From an uncultured virus (IMG/VR IMGVR_UViG_3300033066_001354) (Duplodnaviria > Heunggongvirae > Uroviricota > Caudoviricetes): a stretch of DNA of 64,000 bases. The notes under the pieces are model-generated. The model ran no database searches, was not told the origin of the DNA, and saw nothing but the letters and a program-made list of their open reading frames with translations. Made by a program: the position numbers and the translations under genes. The DNA lies in IMG/VR virus record IMGVR_UViG_3300033066_001354. The stretch is one strand, 5' to 3'. Below, in pieces: positions 19,055 to 27,184 of this stretch; within the stretch, counting starts at the first letter, position 1, and each line of letters opens with the position of its first letter.

Positions 19055-19765
19055 TTATTTGTTCTTCAGCGCCCTGGTAAGGCGCTCAAACGGTGAAACC
19101 GTGTCTGCGGCTCTCACCATGTGTTCACAGGCAAGACCGAACGCGGCAAAGCATCCATTTTGAAAACGTTCGCAATTGCAAGTTCCCTCGCTCAAATCGA
19201 CTTCGGCGTCACCGCTTTTGGATGAAACGACATACTTTCGAGCCCCATCATCCACGACTGCTACCCGTGCCTGCTCTTTTTCAGCAGCAAGGACTGAATG
19301 TAACATTGTTTCTTCAATCCAAGGGCGCAAGTCTTCGTGCAAAATTTGTTTTGCAATTGGGTCGCAGACCGCTTGTTGGGCTAGTCTTCTCCAACCGTCT
19401 TTGTCTCTTCGTGAAGAGACGACCAAATTGCTGAACAAAGAATCGACAAATTGTGTTGGTGATAATTTAGACAATGATTCTTCTATCAAAGGCACGACAT
19501 CTTTGTAAGATGTCGGAACCACCATAGCAAAGCGAGACGGCGCAGGCGACGTAGCACCGACATTGGTGTCACCATAGACTTGTGCCAAAACTTCTTTTGA
19601 CAAATCTACGTCAAAATTGTCTGCGACCATTAAGTCCAATGCCTCGGAAGCATCGTAACCAGCCGCTCGGTGTCCGGTCGCTATTTGTGCTGCGACCAAC
19701 CTTGCTCCGTCGTTAGTTCGACGCAGCGTGTTTCTCCAATTTAAAATCATGTCGCTTGATGGCAC
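19055..19765 (-). CDS. SWIM zinc-finger domain protein
   Basis: C-terminal Y.V...V.L...TCNC..F......CEH (CxC-n-CxH); AGGAG SD. Confidence 0.7.
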   Translation of the reverse strand: MPSSDMILNWRNTLRRTNDGARLVAAQIATGHRAAGYDASEALDLMVADNFDVDLSKEVLAQVYGDTNVGATSPAPSRFAMVVPTSYKDVVPLIEESLSKLSPTQFVDSLFSNLVVSSRRDKDGWRRLAQQAVCDPIAKQILHEDLRPWIEETMLHSVLAAEKEQARVAVVDDGARKYVVSSKSGDAEVDLSEGTCNCERFQNGCFAAFGLACEHMVRAADTVSPFERLTRALKNK

Positions 19766-19969
19766 AGGTGTATACTCCTTGTTTGTGGGCGTTTAAGGTG
19801 TCCAGACCTTGTAGTATTTATACATGTAGGTGTTACAAATACCCACACACTCTTGTCTAGATGTCTTTAAGCGCCTTAATCAACCACTATATCACACGTA
19901 TGCTTTAAAAATTTGGGTTACAAAATCGGCTAATATAAGATAATAGAACATTTCGAAAAAATATTCCAT

Positions 19970-20563
19970 TCACTCGCAAAAATCATTGGGCAAAACTCTT
20001 TTTAGCTGTTCTAATGCTCTTGCCAGTCGTTTCGAAAAAGAAGCTTGCCCGATTCCTAAAGCCTTGGCCGCTTCTTGCTGGTTGAGACCTTGGTAGAAGT
20101 ACAAGTCCACAGCTTCTTGTTGAGGCTGGCTCAATTGCTCTATCGCGGTGGTGAGCGCTTCTTGCAAACCGAGTCGGTTGAACGGGTCGGCAACATACAT
20201 AGGCTCCCAATGGTCGGGCATGTTGGAGAAAAGTGTCTCTTCGACTCCTTGCCCACTTGTGTTTTTACCTATAAATCGTCTTGCCCTGGATAAAATTCGA
20301 TAATCCAGCCTAGTGAGCAAATAGTACGAGAACAATGAGATTGTCTCATCGTACTGTTGAACCAATTCGTTCAAAATGAGATAGGCTTCTTGCTCTATGT
20401 CTTCGCGATAGCTCTGTAGCCTGGGCTCTCGCACTACACATCTTTTGATGGACGCCAAAATCAGAGGACGATAATATTGGGCAAGCTCCTCTAAAGACTG
20501 AGTGTCGCCAGATTTCGTCTTGACTACAAGTTCGTTTATATATTGATATTGTGCGTCTAACAC
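19970..20563 (-). CDS. RNA polymerase sigma-70 family factor (ECF-like, regions 2 and 4)
   Basis: EDIEQEA...YD....FSYY region 2; LSQPQQEAVDLYFYQGLNQQEAAKALGI HTH region 4. Confidence 0.88.
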   Translation of the reverse strand: MLDAQYQYINELVVKTKSGDTQSLEELAQYYRPLILASIKRCVVREPRLQSYREDIEQEAYLILNELVQQYDETISLFSYYLLTRLDYRILSRARRFIGKNTSGQGVEETLFSNMPDHWEPMYVADPFNRLGLQEALTTAIEQLSQPQQEAVDLYFYQGLNQQEAAKALGIGQASFSKRLARALEQLKRVLPNDFCE

Positions 20564-20581
20564 AAAAGTCTTATACAGACA

Positions 20582-21718
20582 TCAACTTGTGATTGGCTCT
20601 TTGTATTCAATTTTACCAGAAAGCGCCAGCATCAAGTATGGCAACAGAATGTCTTCTGGGACTCCAAACCTCAAATCTTTGTAAGCAAACGCCGCTGCGG
20701 TATATTGTTTGCACAATTGTTCCATGCTCCACTTTGGAGTAGACTCACAAGCCTTTTTGACGCGCCAAGGATTGATTGCTGGCACTTCTGTCTTTGAGTC
20801 AAGTTCGTTCCAATCGACTGTCAAGTAGTGGTTTAAATATTTACCGATTGACAGCTTCGCCGCTATGTCGTATTCACTTGCTGAAGCCAGGTAAGAATCT
20901 CCTAATGACTTTAAGCCTATAAGGAATTTGATTTGCGACATCAGTAGCGCAATGGCAGACTTTACATCTTGAGACTCAAGCATTCGCTCAATTTCAACAT
21001 ACGCCCTCTCGACGTTTCCATCAATAGAGGCAGATATAAAGCTCCAAACATCATGATTGTGCTCAAATCTGCACAAATCTTGAAGCTCCTGCTTTGTAAT
21101 TTTATCTCCACTGTCCACCTTCAAAATATAAGGCTTGTCTAACTCGTTCTCTAAGAGTTCTAAATCAAAAACTTCAACGTCTTTCTTTCCGGTGTTCGTT
21201 TTGACTTTGCCAGTGGTCGTGGGGGCGTTTGCAATGAGCCAAACCCTGGCTTCGTCAGTCATAAAGACCCCTGTGCCTGACTCCCAGTCTTTGACATATT
21301 TTGTCAAGGCTGGTTTGTTGCTTGACTCTATAAAATCATAATGGTACACGCGTTTGTTCTTGTTCGCGGCCGAAACAAACGACAGGCGTCCGTCCAAAGA
21401 ATCGCCAGGGTTCATTATCACAAGACCCGAGGCTTTGAAAGGCCCTTCTTCAATGGCTGACAGACAAACTTTGAGCAAGTCTGCGTTTGGGTTGTGAACA
21501 ACGACAACATCAGCTTGCTCTCCGAAGGAAAAACTGCTGAAAGAAGACTTTAAATGCTCTGGCTTGTCACCTTTGTAATATCTCTTGACGCCTGGAGCGC
21601 CAATCTTTTCCAACACCTCGGTAAAAGCCATTTTGCATAATTGCGGTTCACCGCTAATGACATATACCTTAGCCCAGCAATCACTCTTCTTCGTCGTCTT
21701 TTTCGGTTTCGTCGGCAT
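20582..21718 (-). CDS. holA: DNA polymerase III delta subunit (clamp loader)
   Basis: VYVISGEP N-terminus, DL..LENELDK, VW.F..A...GN, INPWRVKK; adjacent to dnaN. Confidence 0.75.
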   Translation of the reverse strand: MPTKPKKTTKKSDCWAKVYVISGEPQLCKMAFTEVLEKIGAPGVKRYYKGDKPEHLKSSFSSFSFGEQADVVVVHNPNADLLKVCLSAIEEGPFKASGLVIMNPGDSLDGRLSFVSAANKNKRVYHYDFIESSNKPALTKYVKDWESGTGVFMTDEARVWLIANAPTTTGKVKTNTGKKDVEVFDLELLENELDKPYILKVDSGDKITKQELQDLCRFEHNHDVWSFISASIDGNVERAYVEIERMLESQDVKSAIALLMSQIKFLIGLKSLGDSYLASASEYDIAAKLSIGKYLNHYLTVDWNELDSKTEVPAINPWRVKKACESTPKWSMEQLCKQYTAAAFAYKDLRFGVPEDILLPYLMLALSGKIEYKEPITS

Positions 21719-22835
21719 CTAAATCCTTTGGTTGAACAGGGAACATCAAGTGTCGATAAGCGTCGTCTTTAACAATGAGCGCAACGATGTCTTCGCCCAA
21801 TTTGGTGAACTCCAAATCTACCCACGCGCCCAAGGCGCTTTCCACCGCTTTGGTGAACAGCTTACAAGACATATGAGTGTCACCTTCACCGTCCTGAGTC
21901 TGCGCAGGGACGACATCTTGTGAAGCTCCAGTTCTTTCGTTGGTGGCAATCAGAAAACCGTCTTTTGTCAAGCTTGCTTGCAAGCTTGAATCTTTTGCGA
22001 CAAGAGCAGCCATTTTTAGGGCACGCAACAAATCTCCGCGTGAGACTTTCGCGCTTCCAATCTTGTCTTTATCAAGGTACTGGCTCAAATTGGGGAACGG
22101 TTTGGGGCTTGCTACAAGACTGGAAGTGAATACCGTGCCGTCCCATGTCAAACGAAGATGGTGTTGTCCAGGCTGCACTTCAACCGTGTCAACATGGTCG
22201 AACATTGAACCAAGACTGTCAGCCGTGTCGTGGGGCAGCAAATATTCGCCGTCCGCACCTACGTCTTCAATCTCCACCTTAAACACTGATATTCGCGCTT
22301 CGTCTGTCGCCTCGGCTTTAAGCATGTCGTTTTCTATGCGTAGCTTAACAGCGACATATGGCATCTTGGCATAATCGTTCGAAGTTGCGAACGACGTAAA
22401 TTTGAAAGCTTTTGCCAACAACTCGGCGTCAACGGAAAACGGCTTGCCTACTGGCACAAAATTGACTGGAACGAAATCGTTTGGGTCTCCAGTCACCAGA
22501 GCGATACGGGTCTTTCGCAACGTAGAACTCATGACAAGGGCGCTTTTGTCCTCTTGATAATGACAAGACAAGTCTTCGTCAGGAAATTGACGCAAGAACT
22601 CGACCAGCGATTGCCCAGACACAGAAAACGCGTCACCGTTTTTTGCCTCGATTCCATGAGCCGGAAGTTTGATGGTCTGTTCGGCAGTATCGTTGACGGA
22701 TTTGACGAAAAGATTCCCGCCTTCATAAAAAACAAGAAATTCTGAGTCTGCCTGACCCTTTGCTTTTGTGTTACACGTTTTAAGCGCTTGAGCAAGGATT
22801 GACTGTGCGGTGGTTTTAGATAGTGTGAATTTCAT
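21681..22835 (-). CDS. dnaN: DNA polymerase III beta sliding clamp
   Basis: 384 aa; MKFTLSK start, ATDEARI, FTSSLV...FPN, final MFPV. Confidence 0.85.
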   Translation of the reverse strand: MKFTLSKTTAQSILAQALKTCNTKAKGQADSEFLVFYEGGNLFVKSVNDTAEQTIKLPAHGIEAKNGDAFSVSGQSLVEFLRQFPDEDLSCHYQEDKSALVMSSTLRKTRIALVTGDPNDFVPVNFVPVGKPFSVDAELLAKAFKFTSFATSNDYAKMPYVAVKLRIENDMLKAEATDEARISVFKVEIEDVGADGEYLLPHDTADSLGSMFDHVDTVEVQPGQHHLRLTWDGTVFTSSLVASPKPFPNLSQYLDKDKIGSAKVSRGDLLRALKMAALVAKDSSLQASLTKDGFLIATNERTGASQDVVPAQTQDGEGDTHMSCKLFTKAVESALGAWVDLEFTKLGEDIVALIVKDDAYRHLMFPVQPKDLDADETEKDDEEE

Positions 22836-22894
22836 ATGCGCCCCGAGGCCGATATTGTATTATCGTCCCCCAGAGCGCATATTAGCACATTTGA

Positions 22895-23533
22895 CTATGG
22901 ATTTTCTTTTGTGGATTCTTCATATTGAACCCATACGTCGTTCGCTTTTTTGCGTATTCGCATCAAAGCGTTGTCCACCGCTTTGGGCTTGATGCCCAAC
23001 ACTTCTGCGATGTCTTTATAAGACTCTTCGCAGGAATATTCCTGAAAAATTGCCCTCTCCAATGGAGTCAGGCGTTTGGTCACTTTGTTCGAATTATCTT
23101 CGTACTCTTCTTTCTGTGCCAGTTGGTCGATGAGTGGCGTGTCCGTGCTAGCTATAAAATCAGCCAATGATTGCTCTGAGTCTTCTTCACTCGCCCACAC
23201 TGGGGTGTCGAGTGACGCGGCGTTGTTGTGTAAGTCAAATTTTTTACGATTAGCTGCTGCCACAGCAGTAATCACATGTCGTTTTACGCAAAGATTGAGG
23301 GCGAAATTTTTAAACGACATGTCTTTGCTGTCATCAAAGTCCATCACCGCTTTCCACACACCAATCCTTCCTTCCTGTAGCACATCTTGCGGGTCGCTGC
23401 CCGAGATGTAATATCTTTTTGCTATTTTCTTTAGTTCCGGCTCAAGCTCCGACAAAATTTTGTCGAATGCCCTGTCGTCGCCTTCCTTCGCAGATTGGAC
23501 AAGTCGTAAGAACTGCTCTGTGTCTTTCGACAT
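22895..23533 (-). CDS. sigH: Sigma-H-like RNA polymerase sigma factor
   Basis: YYISGSD.QD..QEG.IG.WKAV.DF...K..SFKNFA..C.KR..ITA...A.RKK; SLD.P; SY..IA..L....KAVDNAL.R..KK closely matches SigH. Confidence 0.9.
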   Translation of the reverse strand: MSKDTEQFLRLVQSAKEGDDRAFDKILSELEPELKKIAKRYYISGSDPQDVLQEGRIGVWKAVMDFDDSKDMSFKNFALNLCVKRHVITAVAAANRKKFDLHNNAASLDTPVWASEEDSEQSLADFIASTDTPLIDQLAQKEEYEDNSNKVTKRLTPLERAIFQEYSCEESYKDIAEVLGIKPKAVDNALMRIRKKANDVWVQYEESTKENP

Positions 23534-23594
23534 AGGCGTGCTCCCTACGGCTTTGTGGCTTTATTGTGTTGTACTGGCTGTTGACAGTTGCTGC

Positions 23595-24695
23595 TCAGGC
23601 TTTTTGTAAAGCTTTGTTGATGCTTGCAAGTCTGTCTATGACTTTCAAAACCCCGACTTGGCAAGCCAAGTCTGCTGGGACGTTTTGCCGTATTAATTTG
23701 TTAATCTCGATTAGGCTAGTTGTCACTTCTACCAATTGGGTTCCCGACCACAAAGGTACGAGTTCCGAAAGAAGCGGGTCTTGGTCTTGCGCTGCGATTT
23801 TTTGTAGCTTGTATCTTGCCATTTGCATCAGTGCGCGTTCAGCTTCTTCAATCAATGAAAGCAAGTCGCGACCTTCCATTGTGGCAGCGTCCAAAATTCT
23901 CTGACATTCACCCCTGTTCGTCGCATAAATCGACTTAAGGAAGTCAACAGCCTGACTTTTTGGCCCCCGCCCTAAGACTTCTCGAACATTTTCCTCGGTA
24001 ACTCCTACCAAGGCGACTTGCTCTAAAAGCACCAATGCATCGCGCCCGCTTCCGCCAGCCGCTTGCACAATCAAGTCCAATGCCGCTGGTTCAGTAGACA
24101 ACTGCTCTTCTTTTACAACAAATTCTAAAATTTCCCTGGAAGATTTGTCAGACAGTCGTTTTAATTTGTGAATTTGAGCCCTACTGCGAATTGCCGGAAT
24201 AACTTTGTGCCCCTCTGAAGAACAAACAAAGAACACGACATAATCTGGCGGCTCCTCCATAATCTTCAACAAAGCGTTCTGCGCCGAGGTGGTGAGCATA
24301 TGGGCTTCGTCAAGGATAAAAAACCTTTTACTGCCTTGTGACGGCATTATGTACATCTTTTCAGAAATCATGGTTCTAACATCATCCACACCTCCGTTCG
24401 TGGCACAGTTGACTTCGTTCAACTCGCGAAACCTGTCTTCGAAAATAGACAGACACGAAGCACAAGCTCCACAAGGTTCAAAGTTGTCGTCAAGCTTTTT
24501 GCAAGACATCGCAGCGCACATGACTCTGGCTATCGTGGTTTTTCCAATACCAGGAGGCCCTTCCAAAAGATAAGTAGAAGGAAATTGCTGACGTTCCAAT
24601 TGTTTGTTCAAGACTTTGACGACGTGAGGTTGAGAAATTTGACCTAACTTTTTGGGTCGATACTTGTTGTAAAGGACTGTTTGATTAATAGGCAT
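23595..24695 (-). CDS. dnaX: DNA polymerase III gamma/tau subunit (short, gamma-like)
   Basis: LYNKYRP, Walker A GPPGIGKTT, Zn Cys cluster, ILDEAHMLT..AQNALLK..EEPP, IRSR, G.GRDAL. Confidence 0.95.
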   Translation of the reverse strand: MPINQTVLYNKYRPKKLGQISQPHVVKVLNKQLERQQFPSTYLLEGPPGIGKTTIARVMCAAMSCKKLDDNFEPCGACASCLSIFEDRFRELNEVNCATNGGVDDVRTMISEKMYIMPSQGSKRFFILDEAHMLTTSAQNALLKIMEEPPDYVVFFVCSSEGHKVIPAIRSRAQIHKLKRLSDKSSREILEFVVKEEQLSTEPAALDLIVQAAGGSGRDALVLLEQVALVGVTEENVREVLGRGPKSQAVDFLKSIYATNRGECQRILDAATMEGRDLLSLIEEAERALMQMARYKLQKIAAQDQDPLLSELVPLWSGTQLVEVTTSLIEINKLIRQNVPADLACQVGVLKVIDRLASINKALQKA

Positions 24696-24720
24696 AGTTA
24701 CATAATCGTGTATTCAAAGC

Positions 24721-24750
24721 AAAAACGGCACGATTTCTCGTGCCGTTTTT
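24721..24750. terminator. Bidirectional intrinsic terminator
   Basis: AAAAACGGCACGA-loop-TCGTGCCGTTTTT; loop is GAAA on minus. Confidence 0.8.
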
Positions 24751-25245
24751 TCAGAGCGTGGTTCCCAGAGCATCAATGTCTTCTTGAGGCTCAGGGGGTG
24801 GCGGGATTCCCACCGGGTCTCCGTTCAACATATCGGGTAAATCACTGCGCGACTCCCAATATGGGCCAAGCAGTTCAATAATGGGGCCGTGCCCCTGCAC
24901 ATCGGGTTTACGCAATTTGCCGTCATTTTCAAGCGAAATGCTGTAAAGGCAGTGGAAAATCCCCCAATGCTTTTGTGACGGAGAAAGCTCTCCCCATTCC
25001 TGTGACCAAGCCGACAAACAGTAAAGCTTGTTGTTCTTTCCGGCTTTTGACAATAGTTGTTTCAACCACGGACTTGTGATACCACTGATGTCAACAACTT
25101 TAGCCTTTTTGCCCTTTTCCCCAATCTTTTCTGCAAAGTAAATAAGGTCAAGGTCAACATGTCCAAGCTCGTATCTGTAGCGGTCTTGTAGTTTCTCAGC
25201 AATTTCTGCCAATTCATATGACTCGTTAAATGTGGGTTCTGCCAT
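24751..25245 (-). CDS. Putative phage metallopeptidase-family protein with degenerate HExxH
   Basis: W..LS..QK...IFHCLYSI...G.LRKPDV pattern; HELxH is replaced by HCLYS. Confidence 0.6.
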   Translation of the reverse strand: MAEPTFNESYELAEIAEKLQDRYRYELGHVDLDLIYFAEKIGEKGKKAKVVDISGITSPWLKQLLSKAGKNNKLYCLSAWSQEWGELSPSQKHWGIFHCLYSISLENDGKLRKPDVQGHGPIIELLGPYWESRSDLPDMLNGDPVGIPPPPEPQEDIDALGTTL

Positions 25246-25253
25246 GTTCTTCT

Positions 25254-26015
25254 CTATTGTACCTGAAGTTGTGTCAATATTTCGTGTTTACCGTCTTCCA
25301 AGATTAAAACTGTATGCTCGAAATGCGCGGACAAAGAGCCGTCAGAAGCCATCACAGCCCAGCCGTTTTCAGCCACATGAATAGCATCAGCCCCAAGCAT
25401 GAGCATGGGTTCTATGGATATGCTCATGCCAGCAGTCAGCAGTTCGCCATCGCCAATTTTGCCTATGTTCGGAATGTCTGGTTGGCAGTGTATCTTCTGT
25501 CCTATTCCATGTCCCGTCAAATGTCTGGCGATACCAAGCCCTTTGTCGCGGGCATATTTTTGCACAGCAGCACCAATGTCGCCTGTACAGCCACCCTCTT
25601 TAGCACGCGCTATACCTTGGTACATGGCACGTTCAGTCCATTCGAGTAATTTACGGGCTTTGTTCGTAATAGTGCCCACAGGAACTGTGATAGCCGAGTC
25701 TGCATGCCATCCTTCATAAAGCCCGACGATATCAAGTCCCACCACATCACCCTCTTTTAAGATTTTGAATTCAGAGGGTACTCCGTGGACTATCTCGTCG
25801 TTGACAGATATACAAGTACCATGACGGTAGGGCTCTTTATGGAAGAGAGGGAGGTATCCTTTGCAAGCTGGAGTCACTCCCCTTTCTTCCATAAACTTTT
25901 CAGCGATGTCATTCAACACTAACGTGTTACGCTCTCCAAGTTCGATTTCGCGTTTCATTTGATGCAAAGCTTCTGCGACAACCTTGCCCGCATATCTTTG
26001 TGCATCACGTTCCAT
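25254..26015 (-). CDS. map: Methionine aminopeptidase type I
   Basis: CISVNDEIVHGVP, DIVG...GWHADSA, GHGIG..IH, IEPM, SAHFEHT. Confidence 0.95.
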   Translation of the reverse strand: MERDAQRYAGKVVAEALHQMKREIELGERNTLVLNDIAEKFMEERGVTPACKGYLPLFHKEPYRHGTCISVNDEIVHGVPSEFKILKEGDVVGLDIVGLYEGWHADSAITVPVGTITNKARKLLEWTERAMYQGIARAKEGGCTGDIGAAVQKYARDKGLGIARHLTGHGIGQKIHCQPDIPNIGKIGDGELLTAGMSISIEPMLMLGADAIHVAENGWAVMASDGSLSAHFEHTVLILEDGKHEILTQLQVQ

Positions 26016-26525
26016 TTATACGCCCGTACTACCGAGACCAGCCGTGCGGTTGCTTTCGTTCCTGCGAGTGTTTTCTTCCGTGTCTTCCACCAAAACCACA
26101 CTCGGCAGTTTGTTCAACACCATTTGAGCAATACGGTCTCCGTGCATTACCCTGAAGTGTTCATTACCCTCGTTGCGCAGCATGACTACTATCTCAAATT
26201 TCTCACCATCACCGTCATAGTCAGCGTCGATTGTTCCTGGAGAATTTTGCACAGTTATTTGATGTTTGAACGCCAATCCAGAACGAGGTCTAATTTGGAC
26301 TTCGTAGCCTACGGGAATTCTCATGTTCAAACCAGTTTTGACAGGCACCATACATCCAGCGCACACATCGACATATGGACGCTCTGGGTCGATGATTGGT
26401 TTGTTGGGCGCGTGTTCGCCCACCCATGCGTACAAGTCAAAGCCAGCGGCTAGGTCACTACCTCTGGTCGGCATTGTAGCGCCATCTCGAAATCGTCGAA
26501 TTCTTAGTTGTATTGTTTCTTCCAT
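26016..26525 (-). CDS. dut: Trimeric dUTPase
   Basis: AGFDL, RPRSGLA, GTIDADY, GDRIAQ, R..GLGSTG. Confidence 0.95.
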   Translation of the reverse strand: MEETIQLRIRRFRDGATMPTRGSDLAAGFDLYAWVGEHAPNKPIIDPERPYVDVCAGCMVPVKTGLNMRIPVGYEVQIRPRSGLAFKHQITVQNSPGTIDADYDGDGEKFEIVVMLRNEGNEHFRVMHGDRIAQMVLNKLPSVVLVEDTEENTRRNESNRTAGLGSTGV

Positions 26526-26526
26526 G

Positions 26527-27120
26527 TTATTCTTCTTCGTCTATGTTGTCTAAATCAATGAAGACAGACTGACGGCTTGCCGCCTCTTTCTCTGCCTTCC
26601 AAGCTTCAAATTGTTTGTGCAACTGAGCGTTTTGTTCTTCCATAAACTGTTCATACTCAGTTTTCGGCACCGATTCTTGCTCTCGCAAATGTTCTTCGCG
26701 CTTTGCCTTGGCTGCTTCGTATTTCTCTTGTGCCTTGGCGTCTTGTAGCAATCCTTTCTTTTGCAAAGCTTCAAGCATGTCTGGCGTCACAAGGTCGGAG
26801 TCTGGAGACACGAGCAAAGTGACAGGGGCGTCTCGATGTCGCAACGCTGCTGCGAATTTGATAAGCTGCCGAGGACTTGGGTCGTCTGCAAGCCTAGCTA
26901 AGTCCTTGACGTTGCTTGCTGAAAGAGGGCAATGGAACACATTGGAAGTTTCTACGTCCTGTAGCAAAAGGACAACCGAGTCTCCATATTCTGAAAAAGG
27001 TGTCTCTTCAAAATCTTTGTCCAAGTCTTCCTCGACATAAGGACTGTACGTAGCATCTATAATCATGCACGTCCTTGTGTCTAAAACTGGTTTTTTCTTT
27101 GATTGCGCCATATTTGTCAC
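26527..27120 (-). CDS. Hypothetical protein
   Basis: 197-aa ORF in the operon; C-terminal coiled coil. Confidence 0.55.
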   Translation of the reverse strand: MTNMAQSKKKPVLDTRTCMIIDATYSPYVEEDLDKDFEETPFSEYGDSVVLLLQDVETSNVFHCPLSASNVKDLARLADDPSPRQLIKFAAALRHRDAPVTLLVSPDSDLVTPDMLEALQKKGLLQDAKAQEKYEAAKAKREEHLREQESVPKTEYEQFMEEQNAQLHKQFEAWKAEKEAASRQSVFIDLDNIDEEE

Positions 27121-27139
27121 CTATATAGTGCATTTATAC

Positions 27140-27174
27140 CGATAACGGCACAGAATGCCTCTGCGCCGTTATCG
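27140..27174 (-). other. 15-bp hairpin after nrdJ (terminator or stabiliser)
   Basis: CGATAACGGCGCAGA/TCTGTGCCGTTATCG with one G-U pair on minus; weak U-tract. Confidence 0.6.
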
Positions 27175-27184
27175 CCAGTGTGTC

